From contig NC_092679.1 in the NCBI RefSeq assembly GCF_964355755.1, positions 13,995,432 to 14,059,431 on the forward strand: a stretch of 64,000 bases of DNA. The letters run 5' to 3'. Every line of letters starts with the position of its first letter. Position 1 is the first letter of the stretch. The DNA is from Antedon mediterranea (lineage: Eukaryota; Animalia; Echinodermata). The notes below the pieces were generated by a model, which had not been told where the DNA came from, did not search any database, and was given only the letters and a program-made list of their open reading frames with translations. Shown one piece after another: positions 40,601-55,300 of the stretch. The position numbers and the translations under genes are program-made.

Positions 40601-43600
40601 CAAAGAACTTATAACACAAGAATCTCCTGTTCTTCAATTTGCATTCAAAACACAGTATCGGAAGTACAGGGTTAAAAGGTCAAACTGGGCGACGACATTT
40701 CACAGCATGGAGCAAACTAGGAAGTCAATTACTCTACCCCCTAGAGTATTAGCAGATCCCCTCTATGATTTTGACTTTCTAATTTGATGCGGGCGACCTA
40801 CTCCTCAGTCAATTACTCTATCCCCCCTAGAGCATTAGCAGATCCCCTCTATGATTTTGACTTTCTAATTTGATGCGGGCGCCCTACTCCATGGCTCACA
40901 ATGGCGCCACCCATAGCTCTATTCTATCCCACAATGCCTTTCGAAATTGTTACGCGCTTCGGACGAACAGGAGATTCCATAGATTGCTTTGAAAGTGACG
41001 AGGCTGGTTTATGCAAATATTTCACTCCAACACAACTTAATGAGCTACAGGCGCAAATTGATAACAATGGTATCTTTACAACGTTACACATGAATGCACG
41101 TAGTCTTCCAAAACACTTCGACGAAATTAGCATTATGTTAGATACCATAGGTCGTGCGTTTGATGTACTTGGTTTCTCGGAAACCTGGATAAATAAGAAC
41201 ACGCCAATTGACTTATTAAATATCAATGGATACAATATGTACACTTGTAATAGAGAAGGTAGAGTCGGTGGTGGAGTTTGTCTATATTTAAAAGAACAAA
41301 TCAACACCGTAACACGTGATGATTTTGTATTTAATGATAACTCCATTGATTCACTTTTTCTAGAAATAATAAACACAAACGGCAAAAATACTATCGTAGG
41401 TATGTTGTATCGACCACCAAATTCAAACGTCAACTCATTTAACTCTGATCTGGAAGAAATCTTACATAAACTTAATCGCGAAAACAAAAACTGCTATATC
41501 TTAGGAGATTTTAATCAAGACTTATTAAAATATGACATTCAAAAAACAACACAGGAATTCACAAACATTATTTACTCAACATCTTTTAATCCATTAATCA
41601 ACTTACCCACCAGAATAACATCGTCTTCTGCTACAATTTTAGATAATATTATTACAAATGATGATAACATTTCGCATTGTGGAGTAATAGTCACTGACAT
41701 TACCGATCATCTACCCATTTTCATGACAACACACTTGTCATTAAAAACTAACACACAAGCTCCAATTACAAAACAAAAAGTAATTAATGATACAACATTA
41801 AATAACTTGCTTATTGCTATTTCTAATGAGGATTGGGGTGAACTATATTTATGCACAGATACCAATACATCATATAACCTATTTATTAAAAAACTATCCA
41901 ATCTCATAGATAGTAACATACCTACAAAAAGTCAAAAAGTAATAAGCCAAATGGTAATACAAAGAAAAAACCATGGATCACAACAGGAATTTTGATTTCA
42001 ATAAAAAAGAAAAATGAACTTTATAAAAAATACCTTAAAAACCCAACACAATTATTAAAAAATATATATAAAAAGTACAAAAATAAATTAACTCATTTAA
42101 TTAGAATTCGGAAAAAACAATATTATTCCAAAAAACTGGATGCAGCTCGACACGATTCAAAGCAAACATGGAAAGTTTTAAATGAAGTTCTAAATAGAAA
42201 AAAATCGAGTGTTAAGCCAAATGAGGTAATTAACCATAGTAATAAAACTTTGGTATGTGATCCAAAAGGTATGTCTGACGCTTTTAATGACTTCTTCTCC
42301 AACATTGGAAATGAATTAGCAAACAAAATACCAAATGTAAACAATTCTGACTTTAAACAATATATGAAAGAGAGTCAATCCCAATCCATATTTTTCAATC
42401 CTACGAATGAAGAAGAGGTCATTGAAATAGTTAGTCAAATCAAAAATTCAAATTCAGAAGGTGTTGATAACTTAAGTAATCGCATTCTAAAACATATTAT
42501 TGCTGCTGTGGCATCTCCTCTTGTACATATCTTTAACCTCTCTCTTGAGACAGGCATGGTCCCTGATAGTATGAAAGTAGCTAGAGTAGTTCCAATTTTT
42601 AAATCTGGCAATAAAAGTGACGTCAGTAATTATAGGCCGATCTCTATTCTGCCTACCGCTTCAAAAATTCTTGAAAAAATTGTTCAAATTAGAGTAAATA
42701 ATTATATCACAAAGTTTAACATCCTTAATAATGCACAATATGGTTTCAGAAAAAACAGTTCTACTTTTATGGCCGTTATAGATCTGGTTGAACGAATAAC
42801 CGATGCGCTTGATAAGAAAAAAAATACCATCGGAATATTTATTGATTTGTCAAAAGCGTTTGACACCATCAACCATGATATACTTCTTAAAAAATTGGAA
42901 CACTATGGCATAAGAGGCACGGCCCTTAAATGGTTTAGAAACTATATTAGTGGAAGGAAACAATTTACTTCTATTGATAACACAAGTTCGTGTTTGATGG
43001 ATATAAATTGCGGTGTACCACAGGGTTCAATTCTGGGGCCTCTACTTTTTATTTTGTACATTAACGATGTATTTAATTGCTCAAACTCGTTATCTTTTGT
43101 TTTATTTGCTGACGACACAAACATATCTGCATCTCACGAAAACTTGGATACGCTCATAGAACTAGTTAATGGTGAACTAAAAAATGTTTCGGATTGGTTC
43201 ATGTGCAATAAACTATTAATCAACGTTAAAAAAACTAATTACATAATTTTCCGCAATCAGCGAAATCCAAGTAATTTAGAGAATGTAAATATTTATGTCA
43301 ACAATAAAAGAATAGATAGAGTTAAATCGACTAAATTCCTTGGAGTACATATTGATGAATTTCTCACATATAAGAACCACATCAATGTTACAGCTAGGAA
43401 AATATCTCGATATGTAGGCATACTATATAAAGTAAGACATTTTTTACCAACCTATGCTCTCTGGACAATATACAAATCACTCATTGAACCAGTATTAAAT
43501 TATTGCAACATAATATGGTGTAGCACATTTCCAAGTTATTTAGATGAGTTATTTAAACTCCAGAAAAGGGCATTACGAGCTATAACATGGTCAAAGTTTA

Positions 43601-44168
43601 ATGATTCAATGACTGAATGTTTCTATAAATTTAAACTTCTTAAAATTGCGGATATCAATAAGTACCAAATTGGGCTTTTCATGTATAATGTTACTACTAA
43701 TCAGGACGTGCGTTTTTCATCGCTCTTTATTAAAAATGGTTCTTACCATAATTATAATACAAGATCTAAAGACAAAATGAGACTCAGAAAACGTAATCGT
43801 ACTTCTACTAGTTTTACTGTGTCATGTGTGGGACCCAAATTGTGGAATGACTTGAATTACGAACTACAAAGTACCAAATCAATATACATATTTAAATCAT
43901 TGTTTAAAAAATATTTATTATCATTTTACAAATAATTTTAAAAATTATACTTGTTGCAGGATTTAGCTTTTTTATTATTTATGTTTTAGTTTTTTAGGCT
44001 AGTTAGGGACATAGGGGGACACAACTAATCAAGCTCTTTTGAGTTTTTATGTGTTTCCTTTTCATCTTTTTTATGTTCTCATATATTGTTGTTGTATATT
44101 TTCATGATAGAGGATGAATAAAGAATATTTGAATTTGAATTTGAAATTCTTGTGTTATAAGTTCTTTG
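40601..44168. mobile_element. Second P-like MITE copy (8-bp TSD CTGCCCAT) carrying a LINE inside its right TIR
   Basis: Same TIR and body as 34979-35390; CTGCCCAT at 40593-40600 and 44169-44176. Confidence 0.85.
40978..44145 (+). mobile_element. 5'-truncated CR1/L2-group LINE, ORF2 nearly intact (one frameshift in an A-run near 41930), (TTTGAA)n tail, ATTC duplicated at the junctions
   Basis: ORFs 40901..41995 (APE: SETW, YRPP, GDFN, TDH) and 41992..43935 (RT: QYGFR, DLSKAFD, GVPQGS, FADD). Confidence 0.92.
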
Positions 44169-45113
44169 CTGCCCATGCAATTTTCATTTTTCGAGCGTCA
44201 GTTCCATATCTTGCGCCACTACGTGGCGCTATACGATCTTTGGTCACACCCAAGCCAAAGAGAGAGATGTCTCCTTGGATACAGCTGTCTAGGCTTGGGT
44301 GTCCAGCAGGGTTGCCATCCCCCATGGGCTATTCCATTATCAAAAAATCAAAACAAAATCACTGAACCATAACAGTACGAAAAAGGAAAGTACGTGTGAA
44401 GCGGCTATCCGTTTGTGGATGAAGAAAACAATGAAATAAAAACTCTCTTATCAATTGTGATTACTATTATTTTATTCGAAAGCTATACACCACCAAATAT
44501 ATAAATAAGCAGACATGAGTAGCCCAGTTAAGTTTTTAGTTGATTATCTTTGATTTAATTGTATTTTGCAGGTTACGGTTCAAGTAATTTAATTGAAGAA
44601 TTTGTAAACAAGGTTAATTTTTCTGTGTATTTTATGCAAGTAGGCCTAATACATTTTCATTAAAAATAAAAGATTTTGAAATAATATTTTAGAATAGAAT
44701 AGTACATGGTAGGCCTATTGAATTATAAACAAAACGAAAATAATAAACATTTGTGTTAATTTGAATCAATTTTGTACCTCTGTAAATTTATGTTTAATTT
44801 TGATCAATAAAAAAATCATGTGATTTCTTAAATATATTTTTCTATTTTGTTTCTGTTTTTTTTTATAAGAAAACCAACTTAAATCGACATTTTGATGTAA
44901 CCAGATTACCCAAAATAGTTGAGTGCTACTTTGCTGCCACCAAAAACTGGTTTAAAAAAAATATTTCATTAAAAGTTTAGTATTGTAGCCCGAAATACCC
45001 GTGTAAACTTTTCCACTTTCCCAAAGGGAGAAATCAAAGTTTATCCCACTAATTGGTGGCAGCCTGGTGACACCCACTTTATGGGGTAAACTAAGCATAT
45101 ATTTTTTACAGTG

Positions 45114-45660
45114 ATCTATATATAAATTTACGTAAGGGCAAAATTCGGTAAATCGCGCGTTATTTCTAGAATGTTTACTCGATGGTATAAAGTTGGTTCG
45201 TACTTTTGGTACTGATTTTAACCACCTGATGTAACCCTGTTTACTAATTAAATTGAGTTAGGTAATTAGTTATTGACGATTAAAACGAATTTAGGTTCAA
45301 CGATTTGCCCCAAATAGGGGTGTTTTCCGATCGTGGTATACACTGTCCAATGCATGTCTATCTTGAAAAATACCCGCATACAATAATACGAGGATGCTTT
45401 GCATTTTCCTATCTCCTCCTACGACAATTGTTTTTAATGGCTGAAAACTGGTTGAATAGCTCGAGTACAGCATCATAATGTTGAAGACAGACCTATTTTC
45501 TTAAAAACATACTATTTTAATAGATTTAATATACGTTTATACAAATGTATTGATTTCCGATGAATGGAACATTCCAATATATCTCTTTGCTTTAACACAA
45601 GTGCCACCAGCTGTAGGTAAATTTATTGGCCCTTGGGGAATTAACCTAAAATCTATATAG
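45114..45660 (-). mobile_element. Helitron-like 3' fragment (uninterrupted copy)
   Basis: Starts ATCTATATATAAATTTACGTAAGGGC, the reverse complement of 5875-5900. Confidence 0.7.
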
Positions 45661-46280
45661 ATTAAATTGCAATACTTGGACATTACTGTAAATACGTATT
45701 AACATTTTTGGTCACCATTGAATTTACTGTGAGTGTGGGTACTGTTAGATGTATAACACATGTACAAATAAACGTATTACTGTGAGTGTGAGTAGGCCCT
45801 ACTGTTATATAAAAGGTACAATATACAAATAAACTGTAGGCCTATTACTGACAGTTGCCATACCAAATAACATAATTTATATTGTATATAATATAAATAA
45901 ATTCTTATTTGTACTTCTTATTTGTACATTTATTGATATTCTTGTTCACGATAAATTTTTAATTTCAACTGTGATTATGGATATTCTACATTTTTATATT
46001 AACAATACCGCCATAACATTAATTTTTACTTTCCACTCTAGAATAATTTATCAAATGTATATACTGTCGAAAATGTTATTCAACTTAAGCCAACTTAAAA
46101 TATAATAAGATCCAAACATTTCACAAAAAAAAACATTTTTATAATTCACTATATTCATCAATATCTAAAAAATAGCCAAAGTTATAACAAACGCGACACT
46201 TACATATTAACAAATATTCTCTATTTCTGTTTAAATAGAATAGCGTATTTATATTTATATATACGATAATGTTACTGAAG

Positions 46281-46399
46281 CTAAATAATAATATTGTTTT
46301 CTTCAATCTGCGATTCGTCCGGGTCATCATCGATTTGGAGAAGCAGTACACTCCTTTCTTGGTGACAGCAGTCTGTTTTGAGTTTCTTTAAAAAATCAA
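46281..46399 (-). CDS. Terminal exon, short acidic cytoplasmic tail (VDFLKKLKTDCCHQERSVLLLQIDDDPDESQIEENNIII*)
   Basis: ttttag acceptor, phase 1, TAG stop; homologous exon in the paralog at ~12440-12553. Confidence 0.8.
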
Positions 46400-49300
46400 C
46401 TAAAAATGAGAAAAACAGATTTAAATTTAATTAAAAGTACACACAACTTAATTTGTTATAAAGCTGTTGACCAAATATAGTTTAATGAGCCAATATTTAC
46501 ACAGTTAGGATTTAAACATTATACGATAGATATCTTACCTGTTACCACCAGCATGATAGACACGTTCAGCATAATTAGGATAACGGGAGTTATCTTGTGA
46601 AGTAAACCAATGACGTCATCTTCATTGAAACTCTGATCCAAGTTTACGATCGCCCCAATGGATAGATTGACAACGATAAAGACAAGAGTCAACAATTGGA
46701 ATCTCTGCTCTGACTTCTCTTTCATTGGTTCAAGGTACAAATGCAATACAATAAATATGACAGTAAAAAATAGAGAGTAAGACAAACTTGAGGACACGTC
46801 ATCTTTCAAGTTTGCAATGAGTGCCAACAGAGCCTTGTTGTACAGCTCAAATGATTCCCAAAACCAAAATGTGTGCTTGTATTGTCCACAAAAGAACCTT
46901 ACTCCATTCATCCACCCTTTCCTCTGATTTTCTTCATGTTGATCAACACGTACATTTTTATAGTATAGCATAAGAACTATGACCAATGGAAAACCAATGA
47001 TGTATATTAAAGCAACGTAAACAAGTGTTTTGTTAGTTTGATACGTAGATCCACCATTTTGGTCCATATCAATGGAGTAGTCTGACGTTAGTACTGTTTT
47101 ATTTATTGTTCCATCGTCGTCTGCTGTGACGTTAAATACACGAATTGACCATGGCCCCACTGCTAATATATCAGCACATGTATTTGCATACGTAAGGTAA
47201 AGGAGCAACATGGATATAACAATACATCTATCACGTATGCAACTCTCAGTTACTGCTCCATGACACTTATTCCAGATGTAGCAAATGAAGTAAATGGTAG
47301 ACATAGTCAACAGTATGACTAGTGGTGTAGCCATAGCAATATGAAGGGAGGAATACGCATTCCAAGAGTCGTGTAAACATCTTGGACTTAACATACTAAT
47401 ATATCTTATGACGTCAAAATATTGAAGTATTTGGCCAGCATACTCAAAGTTTTTAGGCCAATGAATTTCAGTTACTTCTGATAGTATACCTAAGACTTGA
47501 TAAAAATTAATAGAAATTTTTAAATAGGTAACAAATGAATCTAGGCCGGTTTGTCTTCGATCCACATTTCTTTCCTGCATTCTCCATAAAAGTAAAATCA
47601 TTCCAATTATTGCAAAGGCAACACTAACAAATATACTTACAGTTACAGCAGCCCCTTGACATTTGTGACATTCGTTAAACAGCTCATAATGTCCATTAGA
47701 ACATGCTGCACAAAGCCAACCTGTGTACCCTTCGACACAAGTGTCATTAAATTTTAGTCCAATATTACAACTTTTTTCGCCTAGTGGACAAGCATATACT
47801 TTTGGTAACGGACCTCTGTATACAGCATCTTTCAGTTGATTTGGGTTGGTAATAGGAAAAATGTCGTTTTTTAATTTAGTTACAAATGTTGTGTAAGCCA
47901 ATAAACAGTTTTTATATTGTTCTTCGCCTACTCTACAGTCACCATGAAAGTCCCACGACCACCAGTAACCTTTTGTTAGATTCTGATATCCTCCTTCACA
48001 GTTAATACCCTCTGAGCAGGGCATGCATGGCCCAAATCGATCAGTTCGATGGAAATTGTCAAGGCAATAACATGCATTTAGATTGGCAATATTATTGGTT
48101 TTAGTTCCTGATGGACAAGTCTGACAACCGGCAATGGATGCTGCTCCTGCATTATTTGAAAAACTTCCAAGAGGACATCGTTGACAGGAATCTTTGTAAC
48201 CACCCTTTTCATTTACTCCTTGTTTATCTTGATAGAAACCACCTGTAACATTTTATTTTTATTTATAAGTACCCGTCGTTGTTTTATTGTTATATACTTT
48301 TACTATTAATTATTACTATTTACTGTCATAACTAAATTAGAGAGATTATTATATTGCACCATACCTGGTGGGCATTTTCCACATTTGGTGCTATCATACA
48401 AACGGTATGTCCCTTCTTTACACGGACTGCATTTACTCGTCATGGAATTACATGTCAAACCTATTTCTCTACCGATACTACTTAACAGCTCCTTTTCGAA
48501 TCCTTTTATTTCGATTTCTGTACCTTCTGTAACACAAACACTAGCAAAAACAATTAATTTGTAATTCTACACAACATGCAATTATATTGATTCAATTATA
48601 TCTATTCTGTGTATAGTACTATACATATATTACCTACTTAGAGGTGAATATCAGATTTGACATCCACGTGGGAATGATTCCTTTTATTGTTTGTTAGGCA
48701 GGATAGTCAGATGCTCACATCACTATGACACTTGTGAATAAATAGTTAGCTTGTCTTGACAAGTTAGTGAAACAGTGTGGTGATGTGAGATTCCGTTTTT
48801 CGGACTTTTTCTGTTGTCTTTGTCAATTTATTCGGTTTTTAGGCTATTTAGTGGTTTATTTTACATCAAAATTGTTTCATTTTCACACTTGTGTTAAACA
48901 GCGTATAGAGACTATCTGTAGTTTGCACTATATAAATTTAAAACCATAAAACCATAAACCATATTTTTCTCGAAGGACTATCTATTTCACGAAGCGAAGA
49001 ATAACATAAGCGAGTCATATGGCCGAGCGGTTAAGGCAGGGGCGCCGTTTACCGTACCTAAAGAGCCAACAACAACATCGGCAAGGGTTCGAGGCCGACT
49101 CGCTCCTAGTTCTGGTGGTGGAACAAGTCTTCTCGGATAAGGACTATAAACCGTAGGTCCAGTGTACACAGTTATAACCTGTGTGTACTTTAAAGAACCC
49201 AGTTCATTATTCGAAAAAGAGTAGGGGGTTACCCCGGTGAACTGGTTCACACAATAGCCCCTGTATCAGGGGGATTACCACCTATCTGATAGGACATTGA

Positions 49301-52300
49301 TTAATTCACTATTGGTAATCCTTGGCCACATTGCCTAAAGACATAAAATAAAAATAAATAAAATAAATAGCATTCTTTTTCAAATCTTATATTTCACCGA
49401 AATAAAAGGTGATGTTTGTTATATTATATAGCCAGATATCAGTTTCCCCTTACCTTGTACATATTAGAAAGGTAACTAAAAAATATAGATAAAATCAATA
49501 CATCAAATCTTTTATTTTAAGTGTATTTACATGTTAATAAATTTCCCGATGTTTGAAGGAATCGATTTCAGTCCACAGCAGTTGAGATATCTAAATAAAA
49601 ATAAAATGATTAATGCATATGTTGTAACAAAGCATAGTAGCACGTTGTTAACACATTGCAATGGTGAATGATGCTGATGAGAATGATGCGACGATCATTG
49701 ATGATAAAAAGATTGATAAATATACCGAGGGTGATGATGACGGTTCAATCGTGGTGAAATTGAAATTATCATTATCTTTTGTAAATTGTTTTGACTTAAA
49801 AACTAAAAACAATAATATACTAATGTACATACACTGTTCCCTTTTCTATCATATGTGATAGAGCATTTTCCTCGATCTGTTTTATTGGATTGTCAAATAG
49901 ATATCTGGGGGAAAATATGAACTTTTTTTGTTATTTTAATACTTAATTTGAATCATTAAACTGTGATTAAAATGTAATAGAAAAAAGTTTAACTTTAAAG
50001 TACCTATCATCGAGTATTTATTTTATCTTAGGCTAAAAAAAGTATTTAAAAAAAAAATCTCACATGTATTCCAGTGTTGTGTTTTGGGTTTCCAATGTTT
50101 TATACGTAATGTTGGAAATGTTATTCCCATAGAGGAATCTGCAGGTTAGAAAAACAATTATGTTAATATAAATTAAGAAAATATCAATGCAATTAGTATT
50201 TAATTGTTATTGTTAGTAAAAAAATGATTTATTTGTTTTAGTGCATGTGTGTAGTAGGCATACTGTACAATTGCATACACCATGGATTTATGGATATGTA
50301 TCGACGGTGACATCAAACGCGCTTGCCTATACTAAAGCACTGCTGCAAACACGCTCCTTGAACTCCATGTCTCTAATCGCGCCCTCTATAGAACGCTTCG
50401 AATCAACTGTTTTTTCGACAACAAAACTTACCCATGTAGAAATCGTTTGCGCAGTCTGATTGTTATATTGGCATATCAGCGTCGAGAATTAATTGACAAC
50501 AAGATGTTGGTATGTTTGAATTTATTAAAGAGTGGAAAATAAACGAAACGAAACGAACATCCATGCATACACATATAGTATTCCACACAAACATTATAGT
50601 GACAACAATGTTGGAGCATACAATGATAGATTCATGCAAACAAAATACTATTTAATAAATAATGCACATGCTAAAGGTGTAGGCCCGTATGTAATAACAA
50701 TTTAACACGATAGCGTAAGCCTATTTCAGTTACAGTTGGACAACGGAGAGCAAACGTAACATATGTTAGGTAATACATAACATTTGCTTACAGAAAATAA
50801 AGATTAGTTCCATTGAACGCTCCATCTTCTATAAATGTAATGTTGTTGTGTACAAGAAATCTGAAAAATATAACAATTATATTTTAGTTAGATTTCAGAG
50901 CTACACTAACGGTACAGTGATCATAGTTTTAACATTTATACTTTTTAAATTTAAATTGTTTGAAACAAATGTAAATATGGGGAAATAACCTGCGACAAGT
51001 GAACGGAAGATGAACTTGATTCTTTACAGCTCACACGAGTCAGATGTGTACACTGAACCACCAGTTTCAAGTCCTTATCCGAGAAGACTTTTCTACAACC
51101 AGACCAATAATCGAGGATTGCCTTGAACCTTTACCGATTGTATAGTTATTGTTCCGGAGCACCCGCCTTTACCGCTTTACCGAAAACGACCAAATAGTAT
51201 ACGAAATATCTGTATTCAAAGCTTAACTCTAACATATTAAACTCAGAATTAGAATATTCTGTTGATTAGAACGTGTGCCAAATTGTAAATGACGTTAATA
51301 CATCCTGGATAAGTTTCAGAGATAAGCTTTTATTATGTATAAATAATTATGTTATTGGCTTGCTTTTCATGATCTGTCACGACACTAGTCTACCATTATC
51401 TTTCAATCTGGAACCAGCAACAGACTTCTCAGACTTTTGATTAGTTTTCATAACTTCTCGTTGGCCATATTTTTACCATTAGATGATCTTTTCTCAGAAA
51501 CCGTCTGTTCTACATAGATCCAATATTAACGCCTGAGTGAGCGTTACATGCCCCTTTTTAGTTTCTTATACTTAATTACACAGATGAGGTTAGCAGTTTC
51601 CACTTTGTATAGAGTGTATTCTTTCTCTTGATCTTCTAGTTGTGTTTACTTTGATACACATATCGATAGTTGGTTCTTGATAGTTTAATAATAATAATAA
51701 TAATAACAGGATTTTTTATAGCACACATACCACTCAAGAGTGCTCAAGGCGCATTAAAAAAAATAGAAACAAATCATACAAATGCCTGAAAAATAAAATG
51801 CAATTTCTTTAGAGGGTCCCCATCCGTTCTCGTTCTGTCGCGGTCCCGGACCCCTACCTAGGTGACCAAACAAAGGAACAGGATACACATTTGCCTTGCC
51901 ACAGACGACCGGGTGCTCAGAGACAACAACCAAAACAGAGGCACCCCAAAGATAATGCTGATCAGGAAAAAGTATACTATAAAATTCTAGAACTTTAAGA
52001 AACCTTGATTTCCATATGCATTAATGAATAAATGTGCTTTTAATAATTTTTTTAAAGTATCAACAGTTTTGCAAAATCTGATAGAGCTCGGTAGAGCATT
52101 CCATAGACGATGGTGAAACGGTGAAAGCCCTGTCTCCCCATGAGTGGTGAGACTTAGGTTGACGTAGAAGCAGCGTATCACTAGAACGCAGATTTCGTCT
52201 GGGAACATACAGCCTAAGCATGTCAGAAATATATTCAGGAGCCATGCCATTGATAGACTTAAAAACATAGAGTAATATTTTAAAAACAATGCGGTACCTA

Positions 52301-55300
52301 ACGGGAAGCCAATGCAAAGTTTCCAAGGTATTTGATATGTGTGCATATCTTGGAAGTTTTTTAACAACTCGTGCCGCTGTATTTTGAATCAGCTCAAGCC
52401 TGTGGAGTTGTTTTTGTGGGAGACCAAATAACAAGGAGTTACACATATCGAGACGCACACTAACAAATGCATGTACAAGTTGCTCAGCAGCTGCACGATT
52501 TAAGTATTTTCTGAAGCCTCGAATATTTCTTAAATGTATGTCCGAGATTTTACAAATATCTGGGAAAACCCCAGTTTCCAAAGACAGATTAACGACACGT
52601 GTAATTAGTGGAACAAAAACAACAGCATTTCTCTTAATTAACAAAGTAGGAACTGGATCAAGACTGCAAGATTTAGCAGGCGAGTTTTTGACAATTTCAG
52701 AAATTTCTTTTTCACTTGCAGGTTCAAATTTACAGAGGTAGGGACAATTATAATTTTCTCAGCATACGTCGTTATTAAAGTAATGAGACAAACTTCCAGC
52801 ACTATCTTTAACAAGAAGTTTACGAATATTAACAATTTTATTTTTAAAAAATACGGACAATCTTTCTGCAAGCAACTCATCTGAGTGAGAAAATGGAAGC
52901 ACCGACGATTTAGAACAGTGTAAAAGATTGTTTACAACTTTAAACAGCTTCTTCTGATCAGATCAGAATAATATCGTTTCTTAGCACTTTCAACAAGCAT
53001 TATTAACAATACACCGCTGATGACAATATTTCTGTCTATCTAAGGTATTTTTTGATTTCATCCATTTTCTCTCAAATACGCGACGGAGTTTTTTCGCAGA
53101 TCTAATTTCATCAGTATACCACGGTTTTGAAGAATTTAGTTTGATACATTTTGTTTTTAAAGGTGCGTGTTTATCCATAACTTCTCTTAAAGAACAGTAT
53201 CTTTCAATATTTTCTTGCAAAGTACCATCATGCATATCAGACAACCGTATCTGTGGGATACTACACATATTCACAGAAGAAAACTCGTTAAAGTAAATAG
53301 TTTTCTTCACGAAAACTATAATAGCAGATGAGAGATGCGAGATAGACTCTGTCCCATCATGATGATTGGGGATAAGTACTACTTTTCCGAGCATTGCACT
53401 TTTGTGCTAAGAATCTCATTATTTACTTTGGTGTATATTACCAAATCACTGGCCAATGTTTAACTATTGTATGATAGAAAATGGATTTGAAATACACAAC
53501 CATGGTAAGGCTAAAGTGAAATGTGAATGCTGTCTATTTTTGTTTGGTTTGTTTTGCTTCTGAATATACGAGATGAGATTTCCTCATCTTTATCTTTTCA
53601 AATTAATTAATTGAATTTCGGTATATCACCGGGCGGTTTGAAATACATGTTCTGTGAAGGTTGTGCATAATGGTAAAATGTATTGCTGTAGTTGGCGCAT
53701 ACAGTACATCTGTCAGTCACCACTGCTTCATAGTTATTGTGGTAGAACGAGAATTATTTATGTTGACGCGAGAGCACCTGTAGTGGCTTGACCAATACGG
53801 TAAGTGGCGGAGTATATCTGAACGTGAAACCACCAGTTATAGAAAAGTTTATTCACCTATTAAGAACTTTGAGATTGTACATGCACAGGTGTTTGTGTCT
53901 TTATTTCACAAGGTTTTTAACAATTGTAAGTAGAAACAATAGTTTGTGCACTCATTGTGTAAGTTTAATTCAAAAATTTGTTTTACAAAATGGCCTTCCC
54001 GACATGTAGAATAGGTCTTGTTGGACACTCGTTTGTACGCCGGTTGGAATGCTATACCAGCGAACGCAAATTCTTTGCCTTACGCCTAGATGCAAGTTTG
54101 TACGATGTCAAGTATTATTCACGCGGAGGTGCAACGACATACAGATTCCCTGATCTGCTTAAGGGATGGTCCACGCCGAAAGATATCGTTTACGTTCATC
54201 TAGGAGAGAATGACATTGTGAAACGATCTAATAATTTTATTGTGAACAAACTCGATAATTTAATTGACTTTCTTGATTTTGAACTAGAGTGTAAACATAC
54301 TGTGGTTAGCCAGCTGTTAAAGCGGCACCCCAGTCGGGTAAGCTCTAACTTCAACGACTCTGCTGTGTGGACATTAACCGTCGACTTCAGGCGAATTATG
54401 CCATGGTGCATGTGTAACATATTGGCGTCACAGAGGCCTGTGGAACGACTGGTCCTATATTCACTCCGATCCGATGGCGTACATCTTAACAGAAGTTCTT
54501 CAAATGGTCGATCGTCATGTATCGGTACGAACCTCGCGTCCGACAAGCTATTCAACAAGAAGAAAAAATTATAAGGCCAGTAGTTTTAATTTAAATTTAT
54601 ATACAAATGTTCAGAACCTCCACATGTTTTGCCTTCGGGCAAAAATTTTGGCCTTTGGGACTAATGTTAGCCTGTGTTTGCCTTTCGGGCACTATGTTGG
54701 CCTTCGGGCCTTATGTTTGCCTTCGGGCCTTATGCTTGCCTTCGGGCCTTATGCTTGCCTTCGGGCCTTATGTTTGCCTTCGGGCCTTATGTTTGCCTTC
54801 GGGCTTTATACTTGCCTCGGGCGTTATGCTTGCCTTCGGGCTTTATATTTGCCTTCGGGCTAATGCGTGCCTTGTGGCATTCGGGCTTTGGACACATCCT
54901 CTTGTTCTCAGTCCGTTGAATTTCAGGCAGACCATGGATATAGCACATACTATGGAAACCTGACGATTGTTACAAATGCAACTCCGCTTTTCAGTAGTCA
55001 ATGTGTCTCCCATGTTTTTCATTTCTAACCATCAGAGGTGTTTCTTTGATTTCTATACAGGTATAATGCCGAAAGCTCCAAGAGGCCGTACAGCGTCGGC
55101 TGCGGTCCCAAAAACCACTAGGAAGAAGGCAACGCAACGGCGAACAAAGAGACCCCACCACTAGACTACGCCAGACTGGCGGCTGAAGTCACGAAGGTAT
55201 TGAAGGCGGGCGAGGCAACTGGCCCCATGACACCAGGCGGCAGTCCTCTAACAACTCAAGCCGCTACCACATGCTTGACTGTGGATAATGCCACACAGGC

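Noticed and set aside
46519-48024. Single-exon 501-aa gene or LGR-type GPCR
   Set aside because: The frame extends upstream to an acceptor at 48242 and ends at a donor at 46539; no DRY/NPxxY motifs and more than seven hydrophobic segments.
49010-49105. tRNA gene
   Set aside because: Has A and B boxes but no clean cloverleaf and continues into a SINE core and A-rich tail.
51360-51650. Possible RTE-LINE 3' coding remnant (minus strand)
   Set aside because: Only a vague resemblance with many stops; cannot be supported by eye.
54474-54963. Three overlapping repetitive ORFs (LCLPSGLMLAFGPY...)
   Set aside because: Artefact of a stop-poor 19-bp tandem repeat.
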